Positions 8,615 through 18,600 of a stretch of DNA of 43,666 nucleotides are shown here, in pieces; the first letter of the stretch is position 1; the number at the start of each line of letters is the position of its first letter. Position numbers and translations under genes: made by a program. Below the pieces are notes generated by a model, which saw only the letters and a list, made by a program, of their open reading frames with translations, was not told the DNA's origin and searched no databases. The stretch comes from Candidatus Moraniibacteriota bacterium. Its GTDB lineage: Bacteria > Patescibacteriota > Minisyncoccia > Moranbacterales > GCA-2747515. The DNA lies in contig JAOZUJ010000001.1 of NCBI GenBank assembly GCA_029938745.1, positions 1 to 43,666 of the forward strand. Direction: 5' to 3'.

Positions 8615-9820
8615 CTAATTACGGCTCCCAGGCTCAACCCAATTTCCTTCTTTTTTAATGAGTTCAATGAGGGCATCAATTGCTCCTTCTTCTGGGATGT
8701 TGTATTCTATTACTTCTTTGTTTTTGTAGAGACTAATTTTACCTGGTGCTCCGCCGACGTATCCAAAATCTGCGTCTGCCATTTCTCCTGGACCGTTTAC
8801 TATGCAACCCATTACGGCGATTCTTACACCTGTTAAGTGCCCTAGTCTTTCTTTGATTTGTTTTGTGACTGTTTCTATATCAAAGAGTGTCCGTCCGCAT
8901 GACGGGCATGAGATGAATTCTGCTTTTGTGATGCGCCTCTGCGTTGCTTGAAGGATTGTGAAGCATACTGGTATTTCGTCTTCTGGTGGTTCTGTGAGTG
9001 ACACACGGAGAGTATCTCCGATACCATCCATCAGAAGTGTACCGATGCCAATTGTAGACTTTGCACGACCATCGTCCTGACTACCTGCTTCTGTCACACC
9101 AAGATGCACTGGATAATCCATTTTTTCTTCATCCATTTTGTCTACCAAAATTCTATTTGCCTCTATCATTATCATTGGATCGGATGATTTGATTGCTACT
9201 ACTATTTCATTGTAATCATATTTTTTGAACACACGCAGATATTCCATCACACTCTCAGCAAGTCCTTCTGGTGTGTTGCCATATCTTGCTAGCACTCGTC
9301 CTGAAAGTGAGCCCCAATTTGTACCAATTCTAATTGGTTTTTTTGTTTCTTTGAGTTTTTCTATAAATGGAATGAGTCCCTCCTCTATTCTATCTAATTC
9401 TTTTGCATATTCTTCGTCGGTCAAAACCTTATCATCATCTGCACGAGAATCCAACAAATTTCCAGGGTTTAATCGAATTTTATCTGCCTCTTCAAGTGCT
9501 GCAAAAGCTGCATTTTTATCAAAATGAATATCAGCAACAAGCGGCACATGACAATCATGCTCACTAGCCAATTTTTCTCTAATTTCCCTCAATGCTTTCA
9601 CATGCTTTACTGTCGGAGTTGTCAAACGCACGATTTCACTTCCAGCATCTACGCACCGCATAATCTGAGAAACCGTTGCGTCTATATCAAGTGTGTCTGT
9701 ATTTGTCATTGTTTGCACAACAACAGGGCTATCTCCACCAATCGCTATATCTCCCACCATCACTACCCGTGTTTTTCGTCGTGGTTTAAGTGCTTTAAAA
9801 TCTTCTTTTGCTTGTGTCAT
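8615..9820 (-). CDS. ispG: 4-hydroxy-3-methylbut-2-en-1-yl diphosphate synthase
   Basis: VGDIAIGGDSPVVVQTMTNTDT at the N-terminus; C-terminal 4Fe-4S ligands ISCPSCGRT and MGCIVNGPGE. Confidence 0.95.
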   Translation of the reverse strand: MTQAKEDFKALKPRRKTRVVMVGDIAIGGDSPVVVQTMTNTDTLDIDATVSQIMRCVDAGSEIVRLTTPTVKHVKALREIREKLASEHDCHVPLVADIHFDKNAAFAALEEADKIRLNPGNLLDSRADDDKVLTDEEYAKELDRIEEGLIPFIEKLKETKKPIRIGTNWGSLSGRVLARYGNTPEGLAESVMEYLRVFKKYDYNEIVVAIKSSDPMIMIEANRILVDKMDEEKMDYPVHLGVTEAGSQDDGRAKSTIGIGTLLMDGIGDTLRVSLTEPPEDEIPVCFTILQATQRRITKAEFISCPSCGRTLFDIETVTKQIKERLGHLTGVRIAVMGCIVNGPGEMADADFGYVGGAPGKISLYKNKEVIEYNIPEEGAIDALIELIKKEGNWVEPGSRN

Positions 9821-9917
9821 ATAATATAGTGTTAATTCTTAACTCCTTACTTGTCTCCAATTTTATGTAAAATAAAGCATTTTGTCAAAATAAAAATATG
9901 CAAAATAAGTAAAATAA

Positions 9918-9926
9918 TGGTAAAAT
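9918..9926 (+). promoter_or_regulatory. extended -10 promoter element upstream of 9958..11037
   Basis: TGgTAAAAT (TG at 9918-9919, TAAAAT at 9921-9926). The same TGgTAAAAT motif lies upstream of gpmI. The -35 is weak. Confidence 0.4.
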
Positions 9927-9957
9927 ATACTTTGTAAATATAAAACCACAAATTAAA

Positions 9958-11037
9958 ATGAAAGATCACAATTATATCGTTATTATGGCTGGTGGATCAG
10001 GCACAAGACTCTGGCCAATCTCACGCAAAGATCACCCAAAACAATTTCAATGTCTCACAAATGAAAAACAAACTCTTTTACAAGAAACTTTTGAACGTGT
10101 GTGTCCGCTTGCAGATTTTGATAAAATATTTGTTTCCACAACACAACAATATGCACAGCTCGTAAAAGAACAATTATCTGAATTACCAGAGGGGAATATT
10201 ATCATAGAACCATGTGGTCGCGATACAGCGCCTGCAATGGGACTTGTGGCACGTACAATCTATAAAAAAGACAAAGACGCAATCATAGCAACCACACCAT
10301 CTGATCATGCAATCAAAAATCCTAAAAATTATGTTTGTACTGTACAGACAGCATTTTCTGTAATTGAAGATCATCCAGAACGATTTGGACTCATCGGGAT
10401 TAATCCCACAGAACCAAGTACTGAGCTTGGCTATATTCAACTTGGTGATGAGTTTACGAAAAAATATAAAAATCGTGTTTTTGAGGCAGTAGCCTTCAAA
10501 GAAAAGCCTAATGCAAAGACAGCCAAAGAATATTTCTCACACTGGTCTTATCTGTGGAATGCTGCATATTTTGTTTTTAAAGCCTCTACTTTTATTGACA
10601 TGCTCAAAACACATACACCACACATTCTCAACGCACTTGAAAAGATGGATGGTATTTCTAATAAAAAACAACTTGAGATCTATAAGTCATTACCACGCGA
10701 GCCTATCGACACTGTCATCTTGGAAAAGCTTGCACCAAAGGAGCGATTTGTTGTTCCTGCAGATCTCGTATGGAGTGATGTCGGAAATTGGCGTACATTA
10801 CATGACTTCTATCAAAATGGAGAAAAAAATGTTGTCCGTGGAAAAGTACAAAAATTTGATACTGAAAATTGCCTTCTTTTTGGCAATAAATCAAAAACAA
10901 TCGCCACGATTGGACTCAGAGATATTGTCATCATTGATACTGAGGATGCTATACTCATTGCTCACAGAGATGAAGTTCACAATGTTAAAAAGATCATAGA
11001 CAAGCTCAAAGAAGATGACATGGAAGATCTTCTCTAA
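9958..11037 (+). CDS. mannose-1-phosphate guanylyltransferase (NTP-transferase domain only)
   Basis: MAGGSGTRLWPISR nucleotide-binding loop; 359 aa with no C-terminal cupin/isomerase domain. Confidence 0.8.
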   Translation: MKDHNYIVIMAGGSGTRLWPISRKDHPKQFQCLTNEKQTLLQETFERVCPLADFDKIFVSTTQQYAQLVKEQLSELPEGNIIIEPCGRDTAPAMGLVARTIYKKDKDAIIATTPSDHAIKNPKNYVCTVQTAFSVIEDHPERFGLIGINPTEPSTELGYIQLGDEFTKKYKNRVFEAVAFKEKPNAKTAKEYFSHWSYLWNAAYFVFKASTFIDMLKTHTPHILNALEKMDGISNKKQLEIYKSLPREPIDTVILEKLAPKERFVVPADLVWSDVGNWRTLHDFYQNGEKNVVRGKVQKFDTENCLLFGNKSKTIATIGLRDIVIIDTEDAILIAHRDEVHNVKKIIDKLKEDDMEDLL

Positions 11038-11058
11038 ATACTCACATAAAATATAAAA

Positions 11059-11090
11059 AACATCTACACGCTTGTATAGATGTTTCTTTA
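11059..11090. terminator. terminator hairpin between convergent genes
   Basis: aacatcta / tagatgtt 8-bp stem flanked by an A-run and a T-rich tail. Confidence 0.45.
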
Positions 11091-11108
11091 TTATAATTAA
11101 AGCTTCTT

Positions 11109-11561
11109 TTAGACATCCTTTAAAAAAGCTACACCATAAATATCAATGTCATCTCCGCACAGCCAGCCATATGTTGTACGAGAGTCCATTGATTGTCTTT
11201 TTTGATTATTTTCTTCCCAAATATCCTGACGACCCTCAAGCCAATAACACGATTTTTGCTTTTGCACGATTTTTTTAATATATGCACCATCACACTCATC
11301 GTGCGCACACTCAAATGCAATTACATCACCAACATGCGCTTCTGCTGTTGGCACAACAGTAACAAATGCATCATGCGCAAATCCTAAAGTTTTCATAGAA
11401 TTACCTTCAACCTGATATATGCGAGAATTCTCAACGTCATATCGCTCACTTCTATCAAATTGCGACATCACTGCAATATCTCCAGCACTCGTTTGAATCG
11501 GCACAGCAACAATAAAAATCGTTACAACAAATATAATAATATAATATTTCATTACAATCAA
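11109..11561 (-). CDS. lepB: signal peptidase I (S26 family)
   Basis: N-terminal TM helix; GNSM (Ser box), GDVIAF, YIKKIV (Lys box), SMDSR (box E). Confidence 0.6.
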   Translation of the reverse strand: MIVMKYYIIIFVVTIFIVAVPIQTSAGDIAVMSQFDRSERYDVENSRIYQVEGNSMKTLGFAHDAFVTVVPTAEAHVGDVIAFECAHDECDGAYIKKIVQKQKSCYWLEGRQDIWEENNQKRQSMDSRTTYGWLCGDDIDIYGVAFLKDV

Positions 11562-11612
11562 AAAATTATAATTAACGTATTACATTAGCACATTCCTCGT
11601 TTTTTAGCAAGA

Positions 11613-12563
11613 TTAAAAATCAATTTCAAGTGCCTCAAACCGACGTTTGTATTCTCCAAACACGATCGGACCATGTGGTTGTGGTAAAAAAATGAGATGT
11701 TCATCATTACATAAAATTAAAGCACCTTCTTTTTTTGTTTTTGGATTTTGCATGATCTTTTTTTGTTGTAATTTCTTTAATCTTTTTTCCATTGCCTTGT
11801 CAGCAAGAATCATTTCTCCAAATGATCGAATTGATCGTGTAATGATATTATCAAAAAGAGTCAATGTATGTATTGTATTATTACAACTATAATGTGGCTT
11901 ATATGCTTGAATCCACATATTTTTTTTGCAAAATTGTGAAAAATATTTTGTATCAAAAATTGGAATGATAAAAGCATACTCATGCGCTGCAAACAAATCA
12001 CGTGTTGGCACAGCAAGTGACTCTGTTGTAATGTGATAATTTAGACAAATACGATTATTTGTTTTATCATCATATCGTCGTACACCAAAAATATGTGAGA
12101 GTACTGTCATCATGAAACGCCCCGTCCAAATATGTCCAAATTTATACGCAATCAAAACATCCAGATCACTCCCACGCTCACAATTATGATATGAAAGTCT
12201 ACCCGTAACACAAATCATGCGTACAAACGGACTCACACGCAAAATAGACACAATGCGTCGCAATTTATGCATCTTTCGAAAACTGATATATTCTCGATCT
12301 CGTCTGGACTTCACCAATTTATCACGCCCAAACAGAAAATACATTCCATTTTTCTGATCAACATATTTCAATAAATCACAATCATTCAATGCCTCGACAA
12401 CCTGTGTCAACGACCATGTTTTAGTACTGTTATCTACACTACAACGAATCAAATGTTTCCATATTTCAAATGACGTTAGGGGATAATCCAAAACATCATA
12501 ATATGTTATTGTTGCAATAATATTTTTACACAAGATCTTATTCACATCATTTGAAAAAAACAA
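11613..12563 (-). CDS. hypothetical protein, possibly nucleotidyltransferase-fold
   Basis: 316 aa; RGSDLDVLI resembles the GS...DxD motif of pol-beta-type NTases; otherwise unrecognised. Confidence 0.4.
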   Translation of the reverse strand: MFFSNDVNKILCKNIIATITYYDVLDYPLTSFEIWKHLIRCSVDNSTKTWSLTQVVEALNDCDLLKYVDQKNGMYFLFGRDKLVKSRRDREYISFRKMHKLRRIVSILRVSPFVRMICVTGRLSYHNCERGSDLDVLIAYKFGHIWTGRFMMTVLSHIFGVRRYDDKTNNRICLNYHITTESLAVPTRDLFAAHEYAFIIPIFDTKYFSQFCKKNMWIQAYKPHYSCNNTIHTLTLFDNIITRSIRSFGEMILADKAMEKRLKKLQQKKIMQNPKTKKEGALILCNDEHLIFLPQPHGPIVFGEYKRRFEALEIDF

Positions 12564-12621
12564 AATGAATTATGCACAGCTGTGCATAAAACAATTCATA
12601 ATGTTTTTTTATTTTATCTTT

Positions 12622-15459
12622 TTACAAAAACTTTGCTGTTGGACTTTTTTTATTTTTTTTAAGATCTTTTGGCAATCCTGCAAAAATGAGTTCCCCGCCG
12701 AGCGCACCACCTTCCGGACCAAGCTCTATGACCCAATCAGAATGTTTAATAACATCTGTATTATGTTCTACCACTAACACAGTGTTTCCTTTGTCAACAA
12801 GTGCGTCAAGCATTTGTAATAATTTTTTTACATCATCAAAATGTAATCCAACTGTTGGTTCATCAAGGATATATAATGTTTTTCCAGTTGATTTACGAGC
12901 CAGTTCCGTTGCAAGCTTAATTCGCTGTGCTTCACCACCAGATAAATTTGTTGCGCTCTGCCCAAGTTGAATATATCCCAAACCAACTTCTTGCATTGCT
13001 TGTAATTTTGCAGCAATAAGTGGCTTGCTTTTGAAAAATTCATATGCATAATCAACACTCATATCCAATACTTCCGCAATTGTCACACCATTGTATTCCA
13101 CATCCAATATTTTACTATTATAACGCTTGCCACCGCATTCTTCACATGGAATATACATATCTGGTAACAAATGCATCTCAACTTTTACAGATCCATCACC
13201 ACGACACACTTCACAGCGACCGCCTCGCATATTAAAACTAAAGTGACTCGCATCAAATCCGCGCTCAATAGCCATGTCTGTCGCAGCGAAGAGGTCACGC
13301 ACATGTGAAAATACCCCTGTATATGTTGCTGTATTTGAGCGTGGCGTACGACCAATCGGATTTTGATCGATCATAATTACCTTGTTTATATTTTGCAATC
13401 CTGTAACCCTTTTATGCGCACCTGGCTCCACAGTTGACCGATGAAATTTCTTTGCTAACACACGTGATAAAATATCATGTACAAGTGTAGATTTACCACT
13501 ACCAGAAACACCACATACTGTTATAAATTTTCCAAGTGGAAAATCAACAGATACTTTTTGTAAATTATTTTCTCGCGCATCTTTAATAGACACGTTTTTT
13601 CCTGTGCCTTCACGCTTTCGTTTTTTGTCTGTTACCGTTAATTTACCAGATATATATTGCGCTGTTTTTGTTTTCGATTTTAACATTTGTGACATCGTAC
13701 CCGAAAAAATTAATTCACCCCCATCATCTCCTGCTCCAGGACCCATGTCGACAATCCAGTCAGCCTCTTTCATAACATCAGGATCATGCTCCACAATAAT
13801 TAACGTATTATTTGCACTTTGTAATTTTTTCATTGCCCTTATCAAACGGACCGTATCTCTACTGTGCAATCCAGTCGTTGGCTCATCAAGCACATAAATA
13901 ACACCCGTCAAATCTGATTTTATTTGTACAGCCAACCGAATGCGTTGTGCCTCCCCACCAGAAAGTGTGTTACTGGATCGTGACAATGTTAAATAATCTA
14001 CACCGACATCACACAGTGACCGTGCACGTGACGCCATCTCATCAACCAAAACACTTACAGCTGCACGCTCTGTTTTATTAATACCGTCCATCTTTTTTAC
14101 ATCTTCGATCAAAGTCACAAAATCACCCAACGCAATCGATGTGTATTTATCAATTGACTTTTCATTTACTGTCACAGCAAGATATTCTCTTTTGAGTCGC
14201 TTACCTTCACACAATGAACATGTTCTCTCAACCATATACTTTTCCAATTCTTTTCGCATATAATCTGACTTTGTGTTTTTATATCTTTCTTCCAAATCAA
14301 AAATAATACCATTAAAGTCACCCTTCTCTTTTTTTGGCTCTCCATAAAAAATAATTGCGAGATTTTCTTTTGAGATCTTTTTTACTGGCTTAGAAAGTGA
14401 AAATTTATATTTTTTTGAGAGGTTTTCTAAACTTTTTTTATGTTTACTAAATGCTGTATTTTTTCCACCTGATTTACTCCAAATATGAATTGCTCCTTCT
14501 TCTATAGATAGTTCATCATTTGGAATAAGAAGCGACGCATTAATTTCATTTTTAATACCGATACCATCACAATCAGAACACGCTCCATCAGGATTATTGA
14601 AAGAAAAGCATCGTGGTGTTAATTCAGATAAAACAAATCCTGATTCTTTACAATAAAAATCTTGTGAAAATTCTTCTTCAAACTCATCATATGCCACAAT
14701 ACACAATCCTTGTGATAATTTCATCGCAGTTTCTACAGAGTCCATCAGACATTCACGATCAAGTTCATTTCCATCATTGACCAAAGAATCAATTACAATA
14801 TCAATACGACTTGAAACATCATCGCTAACAATAAGCTCTGCATCTCTTACTGGCATAATTTTGTTATTGAAGCGTACACGGGCATACCCGTTTTGTTTTA
14901 TATTTTTGAGTATATTACTATCTTTTTTCTTTTCATCTGATAATGGCGCTAAAACTGTAATTTTTGTCCCCTTATCTGATGCCATAATTTTTGCAACAAT
15001 ATCACGTGTGCTTTTTCGTTTTAACGGACGACCTGTGAACGGACAATGTGGCACGCCAACCGTAGTAAAAAGGATTCGTAAATAATCATAGATTTCTGTC
15101 ATTGTCCCAACAGTTGAACGTATTGATTTCCCAACGCTTTTTTGATCAATTGCAATTGCTGGAGAAATGTTTTCAATACGATCCACATCTGGCTTATTCA
15201 TCACACCCATCAAACTGCGTGCATGTGTTGATAAACTCTCCATAAAACGACGGTTACTCTCTGCATAGATCACATCAAAGGCCAAAGAACTCTTCCCTGA
15301 GCCAGACAAACCAGTTACAACGGTCAACTCATCCCGCGGAATATCAACTGAAACATTTTTTAAATTATTTACGCGCGCATTATGAATATAAATTCGATTT
15401 GAATTTTTGTTATTTTTTTTAGACGTTGCTTTTTTACGAGAAGTTTTCTTTACTACCAT
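12622..15459 (-). CDS. uvrA: excinuclease ABC subunit A
   Basis: 945 aa; two ABC modules (Walker [13 protein letters not shown] and [11 protein letters not shown]; LSGGEAQR signature twice) and CxxC zinc modules. Confidence 0.97.
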   Translation of the reverse strand: MVVKKTSRKKATSKKNNKNSNRIYIHNARVNNLKNVSVDIPRDELTVVTGLSGSGKSSLAFDVIYAESNRRFMESLSTHARSLMGVMNKPDVDRIENISPAIAIDQKSVGKSIRSTVGTMTEIYDYLRILFTTVGVPHCPFTGRPLKRKSTRDIVAKIMASDKGTKITVLAPLSDEKKKDSNILKNIKQNGYARVRFNNKIMPVRDAELIVSDDVSSRIDIVIDSLVNDGNELDRECLMDSVETAMKLSQGLCIVAYDEFEEEFSQDFYCKESGFVLSELTPRCFSFNNPDGACSDCDGIGIKNEINASLLIPNDELSIEEGAIHIWSKSGGKNTAFSKHKKSLENLSKKYKFSLSKPVKKISKENLAIIFYGEPKKEKGDFNGIIFDLEERYKNTKSDYMRKELEKYMVERTCSLCEGKRLKREYLAVTVNEKSIDKYTSIALGDFVTLIEDVKKMDGINKTERAAVSVLVDEMASRARSLCDVGVDYLTLSRSSNTLSGGEAQRIRLAVQIKSDLTGVIYVLDEPTTGLHSRDTVRLIRAMKKLQSANNTLIIVEHDPDVMKEADWIVDMGPGAGDDGGELIFSGTMSQMLKSKTKTAQYISGKLTVTDKKRKREGTGKNVSIKDARENNLQKVSVDFPLGKFITVCGVSGSGKSTLVHDILSRVLAKKFHRSTVEPGAHKRVTGLQNINKVIMIDQNPIGRTPRSNTATYTGVFSHVRDLFAATDMAIERGFDASHFSFNMRGGRCEVCRGDGSVKVEMHLLPDMYIPCEECGGKRYNSKILDVEYNGVTIAEVLDMSVDYAYEFFKSKPLIAAKLQAMQEVGLGYIQLGQSATNLSGGEAQRIKLATELARKSTGKTLYILDEPTVGLHFDDVKKLLQMLDALVDKGNTVLVVEHNTDVIKHSDWVIELGPEGGALGGELIFAGLPKDLKKNKKSPTAKFL

Positions 15460-15559
15460 ATATAATTAAAATAAATAGAAAATGAACCACATTAGTTACC
15501 AATGGTACAGCATTTTTGTCTTTTGGTCAACCGCAGCCCTGCGATACACGAGCATATAC

Positions 15560-15592
15560 AAAAAGTAACTTTCTTATAAAAAGTTACTTTTT
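15560..15592. terminator. AT-rich intrinsic terminator downstream of the giant gene
   Basis: Perfect 13-bp stem aaaaagtaacttt / aaagttacttttt with a 7-nt loop. Confidence 0.6.
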
Positions 15593-15638
15593 CTTTTGTG
15601 CTCTATTTTATATAAATCTTTACATCTATGTCATCAAT

Positions 15639-18600
15639 TTATTTCACTGAAGTGATTTTATCTTCTTTGATAACATCAACAATCCACCAATCCACCTGTA
15701 CATCCTCATCTGACTCTTGATTTAATCCAATGACAAAACTTTCACCATCAATAATGTTCTCAACGTGTGCAAAAATCGAACGGTCTGCATCCTTTACTGT
15801 AACAAATACATGACTATTTGCACGCACATCAGTTGTTTGAATAGATATTTCTAATGTGCCTTCTTTGATAACTACAGAGCCAATGTGTTGAGAATCTTCA
15901 TCTTCCATGACTGCAAATTTTCCCGTTGTTAATGCATCGGTTTCAATATCATCTGCAATGATCTTTGTTGCATTAAGTACACCGGCAAGTGTGAGGCCGC
16001 CTTCATCTGTTGTGTATAGAAGATTGTCTTCATCAAGTGCAATTAATAAATCTGTGAGACTTGTTTGTAATTCATCTATTGTGTCTACTTGTGTTTGCAT
16101 TAAACCTACTTTTGAATCTATTGAATCTAATAAATTTGATTGGTTATTTGCATCTTGTTGCATCTGTAAGACATTATCTTGCATTGTTCCATTTTCTGCT
16201 AATTGTGTTCCAAAGATCTTTGCTATTGTTGTAAGTTGTGTATCAATAGAGTCTTGTAATTGTGTGAGAGTCGAAATATTTGCATCTGTCTTTAATGTAT
16301 TTGATGTAATTGTGATATTTTGTTCCTGGATTGCACTTACTGTAAGTGGAATTATATCTGAATAAAACACTCCAAGTACTCCATTGTTTTCTCTCACTAC
16401 TTCTGGGATGACTGTTTGTAACTGCTGTGCCGAAAATCCTATTTTTTTATTTATTCCTACCTCACTATCTTTCCAATTATAACTAATTGGATTTATTTGC
16501 ATAAGCTCACTTAAACCATAATTAAGATTTGTAATGTTTTTCTTGAAATTTGTATCTGATGTTGTCATCACACCATTTGCAGAAAAAACTGTATGCCACC
16601 TCGCTGACCCCGATCCCAGCATCTGTGTTGCATCAGATGCGGGCACAACTTCATAAAGTGAACCGTTGCCAAGCATCATTTGATTTGATGCTGTTGGCTC
16701 TGCATTGTAACCAAGTGCTGTTGAATTTGTGTATACATTTTGATCTTCAAGATAATGTGCAACTGAGCCTTGTGATGTAATATTACCAATTTGATTACCC
16801 TCTGCTAACTCAAGTGTAGTTGTGTCAATAATCTTAAATTGATAAATACCATTGTTAGACAGTCCACCAGGTGGCGTACCTCCCGTTGTAAATCGTAAAT
16901 TTACATAATCCCCTGCATTACCAAAGCTATGTCCTGCCAGTGTAATTCTGTTAGTTGTCACATTAACACTACTGGGTGCAAATGTCTTAGGAGTTCCTGT
17001 ACCGTTAAAATTATTAAATGCTCCATCACCAACAGCAACATTATCATCTCCTTGATTATAAAGTAATGTGCCTCTACCTAATCCTATTACTTCCTCTCCT
17101 GTGTTATACCATAGAGAACTTCTGCCAAATCCAGAAGAATAATTACCAGTATTATTTCGAAGTGCGCCATATCCAAAACCTGAAGCACTATCAGAAGCAT
17201 TATTCATGAGAGCAAAGCTTCCAAATCCAGAAGCTGCTTGACTGGTATTATTATATAGAGCATTATATCCAAATCCAGAAGCATAATTTCCTGTATTACT
17301 TTGTAGAGCATTATATCCAAATCCAGACACATAATCAGCAGTGTTATCCGAAAGAGCATTTGCTCCAAATCCAGAAACATAAAGACCTGTATTGTCATAA
17401 AGTGCACTTGCCCCAAATCCAGAAGCTGCTCCACCAGTGTTATTTCGAAGCGCTTGATATCCAGCTCCAGTAGAATAAAGACCAGTGTTATTTTGTAAAG
17501 CATTGTACCCAACGCCAACTGAGCCCCATCCAGTATTACTTTGTAAAGAATTTACACCAAATCCTGCAGACTGACTACTGGTATGTGATTGCAATGCGTT
17601 GTGTCCAAATGCAACATTTTCATGTCCACTGACATTTGTATTTAATGCATTGATGCCAACTGCCGTATTGCTATTTGTTGTGAGATCATCATTTATACCC
17701 GCACCACTTCCGAGAAAGACACTTGTTGTCCCAGTAATTCCATCAGTAAGACCACTTATCGCACTTGCACCACCACCAGACGTAAATGACACCCAGCTCG
17801 ATCCATCATGCCCTTCAAAATCTGTACCAGTCCATCTGATCGATCCTGCATTTGTATTTGTGGTTGTACCTAAATTTATTGCACCAGCAACCTGTAAGTT
17901 TTCATTTGGCGTAATTGTTCCAATTCCCACATTTCCAGTTCCATTTTCTATCATGAGTCGAGTTAAGTTTTCATCTCTGAACATCAGATTTTCACCCTCA
18001 TCTATATCCTGATGAATTCTCCACTGTTGTGCAGTAAATGTATTTTCAAAATGATATGATGGATCCTTAACACCATCTGGTGATTCACTCTTGATCTGAC
18101 CTGCAACATGTAATTCCTTATTTGGATTATTCACATTACCAATAATCACGCTACTCATTGCATCTCCTGGGGCTAATCGTAAATGTTGCGTTCCTGGTCC
18201 AGTCGTGGCATATGTAGAAATTGTATTTGCATGAATCATCGTTCCTGCACTGCCAGCATATCCAAGTGCAGTACTGTTGACTGTTAAATCCCCTCCATGA
18301 ATAGATAAATTACCATCATTAACAGCTAATTTTGATGCAGATGGAATTAAACCAAATCCAAGAGGAGGCTCTGAACCAACAAACATTTGTCCATTATCAT
18401 TTATGATCATTTCAACTTGACTATCTCCATCTGAATCGAAACCTAAATAATTATCCGTTGTATCGTAACTAATAATACCCTCATTATGTTCCGCACCAAT
18501 ATGAAGCGAACTGGGGCCAAGATAAAGATCTTGCCATCTCAGAGATGATGTGCCTAAATTGTACGTATTATTTAATTCTGGAACAATATCTCCATCTACC

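Noticed and set aside
8420-8836. 138-aa + strand ORF spanning the DUF59 3' end, two terminator-like structures and the ispG 3' end
   Set aside because: It crosses a bidirectional terminator and overlaps two well-supported genes, so it is implausible as a gene.
10511-10999. 162-aa same-strand, out-of-frame ORF inside the guanylyltransferase gene
   Set aside because: It overlaps a gene with clear family motifs and has no independent start signals. It is a frame artefact of AT-rich sequence.
17020-17670. Regularly spaced 48-nt repeats that might suggest a CRISPR array or satellite
   Set aside because: The repeats are contiguous with no unique spacers. They are in frame inside the 1704-aa ORF and translate to a coherent 16-aa protein repeat. 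No cas genes are present.
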